NCBI GenBank assembly: GCA_002269645.1
Contig: NIVC01003396.1
Location: forward strand, 2,419-66,418
DNA: 64,000 nucleotides
Source of the DNA: Macrostomum lignano
Lineage: Eukaryota
Direction of reading: 5' to 3'
A program made the translations under genes and the position numbers. Below are positions 38,501-59,932 of the stretch, piece after piece. Position 1 is the first letter of the stretch; every line of letters begins with the position of its first letter. The notes beneath the pieces were generated by a model. That model worked only from the letters and a program-made list of their open reading frames with translations. It did not search any database and had not been told where the DNA came from.

Positions 38501-41500
38501 GTCGCACAACCGGCGAGAGGCATTACTGCCCATTCCACCGACTCCCCTGAGCAGGCACACAAGCGCGCGGATACGTACGCAGGCACACACTCACACAGGA
38601 GTGTACAGCGGCCCTAACTTTATTTTATCGTTAGGCATGTACACTTCACTGCGCCTTGGGGGGTTGGCTCTCAATGCCGTTAATCGCACGAGCAGAGCCA
38701 AGCCGAGATTCCAATTCAGCCCCAAATTAATGTGACTGCATTTGGAATCGAGTCTGGGCCGCTGGCATACCAGAGCGCCGCTCCAGACCACTGGGCTATG
38801 GTAAAAACTTACGGGATCAACATTTCAATAATCTGCACGGCAACCTGCTTGCCAATCAGAATGATGGCCATCAGTTGGGTCAGCTCGAACATGCAGCTGC
38901 CGTTGATGCAGTCGGCCAAGCGACTTCCGAACAGCTCATTGTATTTTCCTGGCTCTCCCACCACGCTGCAATTTATGAATTTTATGCTCACTCGCGAGTA
39001 AATTAGTGATTGAAAATCCAGTACAAGATCCAATTATAAGTGCAGTCACTCACTTTCCTTTGATGAAAGCAATGTACGAAATTGACAAGTAGTGGTTGAA
39101 TATTTCAAAGACGAACACCTTGAATATTACTTGGTTCTCGAATTGAGTCTGCGTTCGATGCATCTCTGCAAAAGCGGTAAAAGTGAATTTGCACTGCATG
39201 AGTTTCGAGGAGGCAGGCAGGCAGGCGGACCCACTCCGCTGACACTCAATCTACAGAGGGTGCACAGCGGACCCTGACCTTCAGCATCGTCAGTTAGTGT
39301 ACACACCCTGTGCCTTTGGCCTGCATCGCACAATCTCTAAAGTCCAATCTTTGTTAGAATCAGGAGCGTCAACCACCCTGCCCTCCAAAACAAACATAAA
39401 TCAGTAGCCTTTACCCCATTCAGTGATATTAAAAGCAATCTTTTCATAAATCAGCTCCAACGCCAGAACGATGATCAAATTGACGCAAGCTGATGACGCG
39501 TTTGCCAGCGTGACGGCGCGAGAACGGACGAGTTTGTTATTAAACAGCGCATGCAGAATCGATGACCGCGTCATCAGCATTGCGATTAGACTGGCTGTTG
39601 ATAGTATCATCTGGAATATTTGTTGTTGACAGATAATTGCAGATATGATAGCAAATTTCAGACACCTTTGATCTACCGCCACTCTGTCTAGACTCTTTGA
39701 TCTACCTCGTCCGCCATTCTGTACTCTTTGATGCACCGCTGCACTCTGCACTGACTCTTTGATCTACCGCCACTCTGTATACAGACTCTTTGATCTACCG
39801 CCACTCTGTATACAGACTCTTTGATCTACCGCCACTCTGTATACAGACTCTTTGATCTACCGCCACTCTGTATACAGACTCTTTGATCTACCGCCACTCT
39901 GTATACAGACTCTTTGATCTACCGCCACTCTGTATACAGACTCTTTGATCTACCGCCACTCTGTATACAGACTCTTTGATCTACCGCCACTCTGTATACA
40001 GACTCTTTGATCTACCGCCACTCTGTATACAGACTCTTTGATCTACCGCCACTCTGTATACAGACTCTTTGATCTACCGCCACTCTGTATACAGACTCTT
40101 TGATCTACCGCCACTCTGTATACAGACTCTTTGATCTACCGCCACTCTGTATACAGACTATTTGATCTACCGCCACTCTGTATACAGACTATTTGATCTA
40201 CCGCCACTCTGTATACAGACTCTTTGATCTACCGCCACTCTGTATACAGACTCTTTGATCTGGCCCCACTCTGCACTGTATTGACTCATCAAAACTTCCA
40301 AATAAAGCCAGCTTACTCACCATTACCATCAGACTCAACACTCCAATCAGTATTCGGAGTCGCCTTTTAGAAGATGGAAAATGCGGCTCCATATTTCCCG
40401 TTATCGGATCCTCCTCGTACTCGGTGCATCTGGACGCGTACTCGGGCCTCGGCCGCTCCTCCATCTCAACGTAATCCAACACATCCCATTGGTAAGCCAG
40501 TCTGGCCGTTTTGCGTTTCCAGAATTTCAGGAATCCGTACGCTTTACGGGTGAGGTTTGGATAATGTAAAATTTAGTCTTCATTATCACAGAAAAATCAA
40601 AAAGTTCTCTTTTTTGACTAAAAATTCCATTTGAAAAACAGCGGCAGCATAGTGAAAAATTAACATAATAATTTCACCTTAACTCAGTCGGGACCAGTCA
40701 AAAAAGATCTCTATGTCTAATTAGAAAACTAATCCCCGATCAACAAATCCCCAATCAACCACTCCCCAATCAACCACTCCCCAATCAACCACTCCCCAAT
40801 CAACCACTCCCCAATCAACCACTCCCCAATCAACCACTCCCCAATCAACCACTCCCCAATCAACCACTCCCCAATCAACCACTCCCCAATCAACCACTCC
40901 CCAATCAACCACTCCCCAATCAACCACTCCCCAATCAACCACTCCCCAATCAACCACTCCCCAATCAACCACTCCCCAATCAACCCCTCCCCAAACAACC
41001 CCTCCCCAATCAACCACTCCCCAATCAACCACTCCCCAATCAACCACTCCCCAAACAAACCATCTCAAATCAACCCATCCCAAAACTCACCCCAGACGGA
41101 CACGAAAATGGCGTAGAAATGCGTTGCAACATTGTCGAATACGTAAGAAGCTCGAATGTACGTGCAAATGTCACTCAAGTACCAGTAGTTGCAGGCCTGT
41201 ATATTCTCGCATAGAGGGCACATTTTGAAGTATTTTTTACTGCCGCAAATTTCGTGTCTGAAAATCGAGTGGTCGGAGATAATTGATAAAGCTAGTAATT
41301 CACCATTCAATTAATCAGGTCACTAATCTACCGGCCACGTCACTCAATCTGCAATCTAATCAGGTCACTAATCTACCGGCCACGTAGATTACAAACAGAA
41401 TTGGAGAATTCTATAGACTCTACATTCGTGTGCGTACTCATAACTAAAAAAACTATTAAACTTCTGCTTACGCAACCGTGCTTTTGTTGATAGTGCCAAT

Positions 41501-44007
41501 TCCATACAGAAATGTAACCATTCCGACCAGAGTTGCAGGTACGAGCCACATTGTGTAGTAACCTATAATGCATATAAATATTTCAAATTAAATTTCCCAT
41601 GAAAATCATCACCGCTAATCTTATGAAAGCTTTAAAGTGAGTAGAAACGATTTAAGAGAGAATTTAAATTACCGATAAAGGCAAAATAAAATGCAATTTT
41701 CTCGCCAAAATAGTCGCGAATGTGATCGAGCGGTTGAAACTTGTACCAGAGCTTCCAGCGGGCCCAGTAATTGTGCAGTAGCTGACGCGCGTTCATCTGC
41801 TCGGGTCTCAGGCCTGCCGGGGTGCTTGACGAGCCCTGAATTATTGTCCACAGTTTTAAACGGTCATTGCTCAATTACGTTGACCCCTGAGCACACACAA
41901 GGAAAAACAAGCAGACACGCTCTCGCACAGGGTGTACCGCGGCTCTGACCTCCTCATCGTCGTCAGGCCTGTACATGTACACACAGCGGTGTCTAGGGAT
42001 TTGGGCCCTCATAGGCGCATTGAACCCGTGCTGGGTTCAACTCGCTAGAATAAGACGCTTTATAACCACTGAGCTCAAAGTAAGGACAGTTAAAGTATTT
42101 TATAATTTTTTACATGATTAAAGTATGTTTTACTGCCTATAGCTGCACTTACCTCATGCGGTGGATAGGCGCAGGAGTAGATACCTCTCCTGATCATGCT
42201 GTCCAGACCGACCTCGGACTGGTCTTTCTTACCGTAGATTTGTGTGCCCAGCAGCTCGAAAGCCACTTCGAAGCGTTGCGTCGGCCTAAAGTAGGTATCC
42301 TTGTTACTGATGCCGATGTACCTTAAGGTTAAATTTGGAGTCGTTGGAGAGCGTACGGGGTGAAAATTTGCTATGCGCAAACAGTATAATAATAGTCTCG
42401 AGGCGCTAATTTATTGTTAATAAAAACGACGACTGCGACTCACTTTGTAGCTTTATCAGCCGAGAACGCGCAAGTGTAGAATTGCTTCTGTTTGCTCATA
42501 CTCTTTGCTTCCAACGGACTGCTGAACAATTCGCTGGATCTCGAACGACTGAAAAATGACGAAGATCTTTCCGAGCCGTCGTCGCGGTTTTCCACTTCCT
42601 AAACAGATCCAAAATGAAAAGTTAACGATAGTAGTAAATAGAATGATGAATAAAAAGCGTTCGAATAGGAAGATTCTCACCTCCAGAGGCGCCCGAAAGC
42701 CAAGATATTCAGCGTAGTAGCACATTGTTGTCCAAGAGACAAACAGTTTTACAAAATGGATCTTTTTCTTCGAACTAATACAGGTCTCCTACAGATCAGA
42801 TATTGTTGTTTTATTTGGTATTATTACATTGAAATGTTTAAATAAAAACGAATGTTCTAACAAACCCGTTCAATCTCGACGCCAACTTCGATAAGATTGT
42901 CCTCGAATTTCTTTCTATGCATCGCCGCTTTCTTTGAAAAATAATCTTCTGTGTCTCTCAAGTCTTCCTCCCAGACAAGGACGTAGTCTAAAGCAAAGTG
43001 GGCTAATATTTTATTCTTTGCGATTTGTTCATAATTTGATTCAGAATCGTTTAAAGTGCAACCAAAAATATGCTCGTGAGTCGTGCGTACATAGGTACCG
43101 GTAAATGTTATGCTGAAACACAGTTTTACACGTGAACTTACCGACTCTACGAATTCCGTCCCTGAAAAAGCAAGTCTTTATTGATTCTCTAGGCGGCGGT
43201 TCACTGTCATTTGTTGCTTCACTGGGAGGCTTTGGCTTGGATGCAGCATTTGTTGGTTGCTTAGTAGGTACAGAGATAGTTGGTTGCTGAGTGGGTGCAG
43301 CATTGGTTGGTTGCGGAACTAGCTTAGCTTGAGGTAACTGTCGAGTCGAAGAAAAGATCGCTTGTTGCTGCGGCGATACGGCTTGAGGTGATTTCTTGGT
43401 TGGCGTGAACTGACTTGTTTGCTGAGGTGAAGTAGTTTGTGGCGACTGTGGGGTCGAAGGAAACTTTTTCGGTAGCTGCGCTGATGTGACTTGTGGTTGT
43501 GGCGATGACTGAGTTGAAGTTGCAGTAGCCGAAGGCGGCTGCCGAGTCGAAGGGAATGTCGCGGGTTGCTTTGCGAATGTTGCTGGTGGTGCAGATTGCC
43601 GAGTGGGGGAGAGTTTACTCTGTTGCCAAGACAATTTCGCTGGCTGATATGGTGATACGGCTTGCGGCGATTTCTGAGTCGCAGGGTATTTTCTTGGTTG
43701 CTGTGGTGTCTTAGAAAACTGAGATAACTGCTGCTGTTGACCGATCGGGGCTTGCTGCTTAGGCGAGGCGTTCTTTGAAGGCTGCTTGGCTGAGCCGAAC
43801 TTTCCTGGCTGCAAAGTTTGGGTCAATGAGACTTTTGCATATTTCAATGTAGAATGGAAAGCCTATTGAGTATTGTCATGATCGACTTGCGATTTCAATT
43901 TAAATCGAATTTGAATCGATTCTAATTAGTAGAAAACATCACTCGGGTGGGAGCACTACAAAACAACTTACCGACGCATTTCTGTCAGCGTTCGTCCCCT
44001 TTCGCAT
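35544..44007 (-). CDS. ANO: Anoctamin/TMEM16 family protein, copy A, 1024 aa, 16 exons, intact
   Basis: Exons (+ coordinates): 43972-44007, 43142-43808, 42866-42987, 42681-42788, 42444-42598, 42153-42321, 41673-41835, 41472-41562, 41091-41257, 40321-40541, 39415-39610, 39054-39165, 38813-38965, 37966-38308, 37006-37215, 35544-35705. Sum 3075 nt, all GT-AG, phases compatible. Motifs: [92 protein letters not shown], PNIP. The symbol is family-level only. Confidence 0.95.
35790..36975. repeat. 33-bp minisatellite (GGATTGATTGGTCAGCCACCACCACCTCACTCT)n
   Basis: About 36 units filling the last intron of anoctamin A. Confidence 0.97.
37535..37893 (-). mobile_element. tRNA-derived SINE-like element, near full length
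   Basis: The - strand begins with A-box-like GGCTCAGTAGT and B-box-like GGTTAGATTCC. The body GCCGCTG..TACACCCTGTGTGAG..CCTGCGTACAGTATTGGCGCGCTTG..GTGCTCAGGAGT.AGCGGAATGGGCAGAAT is shared with other copies. Confidence 0.7.
38460..38802 (-). mobile_element. tRNA-derived SINE-like element, same family
   Basis: A-box TAGCCCAGTGG, B-box-like GACTCGATTCC, shared body and 3' tail (GGGTGCACAACAGCCC versus GGGTGCCTGCAACGCCC in the 37535 copy). Confidence 0.7.
39200..39345 (-). mobile_element. Degenerate SINE family fragment
   Basis: CCCACTCCGCTGAC..GGGTGCACAGCGGACCCTGACC..CATCGTC..TGTACACACCCTGTGCC resembles the other copies. Confidence 0.45.
39660..40260. repeat. 31-bp minisatellite (CTTTGATCTACCGCCACTCTGTATACAGACT)n
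   Basis: Anoctamin A intron. Confidence 0.97.
40735..41065. repeat. 15-bp minisatellite (CCCCAATCAACCACT)n
   Basis: Anoctamin A intron. Confidence 0.97.
41875..42075 (-). mobile_element. tRNA-derived SINE-like element, 3'-truncated
   Basis: GAGCTCAGTGG A-box, GGGTTCAATGC B-box, body GCCGCGGTACACCCTGTGCGAG..GTGTGTGCTCAGGGG. Confidence 0.62.
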
Positions 44008-44879
44008 TTAGATTTGAAACAGTTTAGAAATAATATATTATGAAAATGGTCTGCAAATCTTGCATACCACTAGCGACGCTGAGTTCATAACTCAATGCAT
44101 TCGGTTTGTTTTCTCAGTTGACAAAATTAATAATTTTTAATTCGTGTTTCCTTCATGTCGATATTTTTGAGTAGCTGATATTTTGTCTATGGTGATATTT
44201 TGTATATTAGTGATCCGCAAGAAGTCACTTACCAATCTGCCTTAAAAGTTGGCTTAAAATACACTTAATAATACCTTAAAGTTTTCCTCCAAAACGGGGA
44301 AACAAGTGGAAGCTTTAGTCCAGCTCTAACCATAACTCTCCACTCTCTCCTCACCAGCCTAAGCTGCTGGGGCCTTGTGAAACGAATTTTATCACCCAGA
44401 GTTGAGATGAGAACCGTGGGCGTGGTGTGAACTGCGTTACTTATAGTGTTGAGATCTGAGCTAAGTTGACTACCGGTTTCGCCACGGTTCTCCCTTTTCA
44501 GACGCGGTGCAGTAGCCGTAGCCAGAGGCGGACATTGATTTGGGATCTGTCACTCAAGCAGTGGATTTTATGGGGTTGCCAGTTGTCCCTTGCTGCGTAT
44601 CGCTGTGGAATGCTGGTTCTGAATTTAAGCGAAATGCAGAGCGTGAACGGGATTCCGTCTGAGAGGGTCAGCAGATCTCTCGCTGCTTCCAGGGTTCCAG
44701 GTCTCGCAGGCTGAGGTCGCTGTTTGGCTGGAGGTTCCGCTTTTTGAAAGCGAACTGTTTTGGATGAGGACGCTCGGGTCGAGCAGACCGCAGTTGGTTT
44801 TCTTCATTTCTTAATTCCCCTCTGACAAAGAGATCAAGGGGTAAGGTCCAGGAAGGAGCATATGCCAGCAAAGGGCGAA

Positions 44880-45850
44880 TACGCTCTTAGAAAGGAGTGG
44901 TGGTGGTGGTGGTTCCCGGCCAGAACTAGTCCGGGGGCGCGTCTGCGTCCCTATTTTCTGGAGATATTCAAGCGCGCGAGGGCCGTCGTCAGCGACGACG
45001 GACAGCGACGGGTTTAGTCCGAGGACCTCCGCCCGGATGTCTGCATGTGCCGGACACTGGATCATGAGGTTTCGAGGTCCTTCTCGGCTTTACCGCATGC
45101 TGGGCAGGTCGCGGATGTCTCCAGACCGATGCGGTGGCGGTATTTGCGGAGGCGAGGGCTGTGGCTGGTGCGAAGCTGGGCCAGGGTCACTTGGGCTTTG
45201 CGCCCGAAGCCCAGCGGTAGGCGTTTCGGTGGCCTCCCTTGTGTGGCAGAGCGATGCGTCGTGCAATGCTGGTCGTTGACGTAGGCCTGGTTGAGGTTCG
45301 AAACTGTCAGCATAGCGATGGCCGAGCGGGTGCTGCGGAGGTCCAGAGGGGCGTCTGCTTGGGGGAGCCGAGCCACGTCGCGCGCTGTGCTGTCCGCCAG
45401 GTCATTGAGACGCAGGTCGCAGTGTCCGGGGACCCACTGGATGGTGATGTGGTGGTCTGGCGGGACTCTCCTGAGCAGAGCCCAGATGTCCCTGCAGCAT
45501 GGCGAGAGGCGCAGTGAAGGGCCAGCAAGGAGGCTCCGGAGAGGGACTGCGAGTCCGTGGCGCAGCGGAGCTCGCCGCTGCCCGGCCATGGCAGGATGTC
45601 GAGGGCCGCTTGAAAACCCAGCCGGAGGGCGCACTCCTCGGCTCTGAAGGACGAAGTGCAACTGCCTGCCGGGGCCAGTAGCCGTTGTGGTGGGTGGCCG
45701 GGGATGATCAAGACCGCGTCCGCACCCCCGGTAACACCGAAAGCTCTGTGGATCTGCGCGATATTTGCGGAGAGCTTTGCAGGCTTTGGTTTGGATTTGG
45801 AGGTGTGGATGATAGCCACGGTTTTTGACTCAGAGAACTTGAGACCGGTG
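44880..45850 (-). mobile_element. Non-LTR retrotransposon 3' fragment: RNase H domain plus C-terminal CCHC zinc knuckle (I/R1/Tad1/Ingi-type architecture), frameshifted
   Basis: Three consecutive - frames give SSFRAEECAL..CATDSQSL, then IWALL..ITIQWVPGH..LNDLAD..AR, then LAQLRTSHS..YRHRIG..CPACG..E(H)LMIQCP..R..LEYLQKIG. There are -1 shifts near 45541 and 45070. No RT domain is present. Confidence 0.85.
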
Positions 45851-45876
45851 ACTGTGAGTGAGGCTTACCAGGTATT

Positions 45877-46345
45877 TATCGATTTTCTTGGCGGCCCGCC
45901 GCGGCTCATTAACCCGCAATTAACCCCCGCTCCTATTCAACCCCTCCACTCTAATATGGCTTAATTATCTTAGCCCGCGAGAGCCTCAACCCCCCCCCCG
46001 CTATCCTGGCTTATCGATTTTCTTAGCGGCCCGCCGCAACCCATTTAACACACCGTTCCCCTTTGCTCCTTCCTATTCAACACTTCCACTCTAATATGGC
46101 TTAATTATCTTAGCCCGCGAAAGCCTCAACCCCCCCCCCGCTATCCTGGCTTATCGATTTTCTTAGCGGCCCGCCGCAACCCATTTAACACACCGTTCCC
46201 CTTTGCTCCTTCCTATTCAACCCTTCCACTCTAATATGGCTTAATTATCTTAGCCCGCGAGAGCGTTAACCCCCGCTATCTCCTCTGCTTATCGATTTTC
46301 TTAGCGAGCCGCCGCAACCCATTTAACACACCCATCCCCCTTGCT
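45877..46345. repeat. ~140-bp tandem monomers x3.4 abutting the 5' side of the LINE fragment
   Basis: TTATCGATTTTCTT(A/G)GCGGCCCGCCGC..CACTCTAATATGGCTTAATTATCTTAGCCCGCG recurs at 45877, 46011, 46151 and 46289. Confidence 0.9.
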
Positions 46346-46600
46346 CCTCTTTAACTTTAATATGATACGGCAATATGTTGAGCTTCCTCGGCTTCGTATT
46401 TAAGAAGACGGGTGTTAATACTCGTTTTTAGTAAGTGAGGATAGGACACTGCGCATGTTGCTTGTATTATTGTGTATAACAAAAAACTTCGGGCATTTAA
46501 TGCCCTTTAGTGCAAGCATAGCCACAGTACATGCTAGTAATATACAGATAGACAAAAAACAAAGTACACATGTTTAAGGTTTTTGTCGTGTTGTTTAAAG

Positions 46601-57464
<10,864 letters not shown>

Positions 57465-59317
57465 TTAATTATTTTTGTTATTAACTAGCAGTGACATGCG
57501 ACGTTGGAAATCGCTTCTTTTTTCTTTGTGTACTGGCTTTAAAGCATGCTTCAATTTTTGTCGATTTTCAATTTTTTCTTGTGAGCAAAACGTGCTCTAG
57601 CAGACGATCTCATCTATTTTTTAGGCGGCTAATCACTCATAGGCACAATGATGCAGCGTTATCAAGGACATAGTTTTTGTCTATGGTGTGAAATGCTTTT
57701 AAGAGAATGGTGAAGGACAAAGATATGCTGGAACTTTTTATTTATATTAAAAAAGTGGCAATGTTTCAGCACTCATGCACTTGCAGATGCCGAGGGTCAC
57801 GGACGATTAATTGCTGAGATGGATGCTGTTATCTTATGCTGATATCTTAGGCTAAAAACCTGAGGCGCTTAGGCCTGACGCTGTTTTGCATTAAACACAA
57901 TTTTCTTTAGGAAACTAACGGTATTGTGCACAAGGCTTTCTGCACGTATCGTTTGTTAGGAAATTTCTGTTTCTTTTGTTGCCTCCCCAACGGGGGGCAT
58001 AGCTAGTCCACTATACTAAAAATGATTGGTTTCATTAAGTGCAAACAAGTCGACAATTTACTATCTAGCGATTGCATGCTTCTTTAATAATGGCTTTTTC
58101 TGATAGTAAATGCAAAAAGAATATCCAAAAAACTTAAAAATTCCTGAATTTATCTCCAAATGCATTAAATTCAATTTTTTTAAGCAAAATAAAAACAAAA
58201 ACCGTTCACTTGAAAAAAACAGCAGATTTAAATGATATATTGCTTGCTGACAGTGACAATGCTGATACTGTAGGCATGTAAGTCAGAAAAAATTCTATTA
58301 AATTCTAAATTATATGAGAAAAGTCCGATTTCAATTATGGTAAAGATTTTTATAAAGCTGCCGAATCTTCGCATACAATGTCTGAACTGTCTGACGCTCT
58401 TCTTTGACGCACTACGTTCGAATTAACTCGATTATGCGAACGCAAAAGCCTCTGCATGCTGCGCTGTTGCGGTCGTTCTTGTTGCTGATTTTCTTCTGTC
58501 TGCTGCTGCTGTTGTTGCTGTTGATTTTGAATTAGTAATTGACTCCGCCGATTATAACGCTGCTGCATCACTTGCTGGCGCAACTCAGCGTCCACGAGAG
58601 CTTGCCGGCCAAGATAGTTCTGACGCTCGATTCGTTCGACCAGTTTCTTGGGCACTCTTGGGATGAAAATCAGTACGAGCCTTCGCAGTGAGAATACCAA
58701 GTGCTGTAAAGGGTGTGTGCAGGTGCTTTTGTAAGCGCGTAAATTAAATAGAATCGGTGAATATTGATATCACAACATGCCGAAGTTGTAGCTCAACTCA
58801 CGCAGCTTGTTGGTAAGTACGAATACCGCATATTTCAAATCATTGTGCAACCAAACTGATACTTTCAAGGCGAGTGAACGTCCTACCCGATTGCTACCAA
58901 TAACTGACATGGAATGTAAAATTACATGGCACGACGAAAGCTCGTAAGATGATCCACTTTCCATGAGTTAGCTCGTAGATGGAAAGTCATGGTGCAAAGG
59001 TAAAGCACGCACGCATAGCCTACCAAACAAAAAGTAAATAAAAAAATGAATTAAACTTGCCTCGAATACAATTACAAAAGATAGCCGAACTACCAGCAGT
59101 TTCCAGTAGAATGGAGTCAAATTTCCCGAACTGTCTCGATAGTTTCTGTACCGACACGGCTGCGATGTGGTGTTCGGCGGCGACCAAGCCAGCGAGAAGT
59201 TGGTGAAGCCGTGTGTATCTGAACTGTGATCAATTTTGTGCAGCATCCTGGCCAAGAAGTCCGACGTGAAGGCTATCAGAAAGCCCTGCATTGCAGTTGC
59301 GCTTCAAGTGTTAGCCA

Positions 59318-59932
59318 ATAGTTGAAAACGGTTCCCAGGCCAAGAAGCGTCCTGGAGTTGCTTGCGTCGACCCAGATTCGTTTCAGAGTCGTTGCAGGTA
59401 ACATTGGTAGAACAGGAAAGAAGTGACTCTAGACGATTCTAAAACGACTAGATGTCACACTACGAGCGTAAAAGTCGCCAAAAAATCGTCAAAGAGTTTT
59501 TCAGTGTCAATTTGAAGCGTTATATTTTTCTGCGACTCTGAAACGACTTTGGGGCAACGCAAATGACTCTGGGACCGTAGAGTCGTATCTGAGACGTGCG
59601 AGAGTCGCTGTAGAATCATTATGTTGCGTCGAAAGTGCATCTACGCTCGTACGTCACTTTATGAATTCGAATCACTCTTTGAATTATAACAACTCTATTT
59701 AGTCTACTTGAATTGTTAGAGTTGAATGATGGCACGACTCTAGACAACTTTTCGCGACTCTTTACGATTCTGCAGTTCTTGAGATGACTCAAAAGTCGCT
59801 TCATCATTGTATTACAGTCGTTTAAGTTGTTAAAAAGTCACAAGAGTCGCTAGTAGAGTCACCAAAGTTGCTAGAATAAGTTGTTTACCATGGCTCTTCA
59901 GCGATTATTGTCACGGTAACATTTTCAAAGGG
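59318..59932. mobile_element. Second, longer copy of the same TIR element
   Basis: Shares AGAGTC.TTGCAG.TAA..GAAG(T)ACTCTAGAC.A.TCTAAAACGACT.GATGTCAC and TTAAAAAGTCACAAGAGTCGC..GCGATT.TTGTCACGGTAACATTTT.AA.GGG with 50956-51396. Confidence 0.7.
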
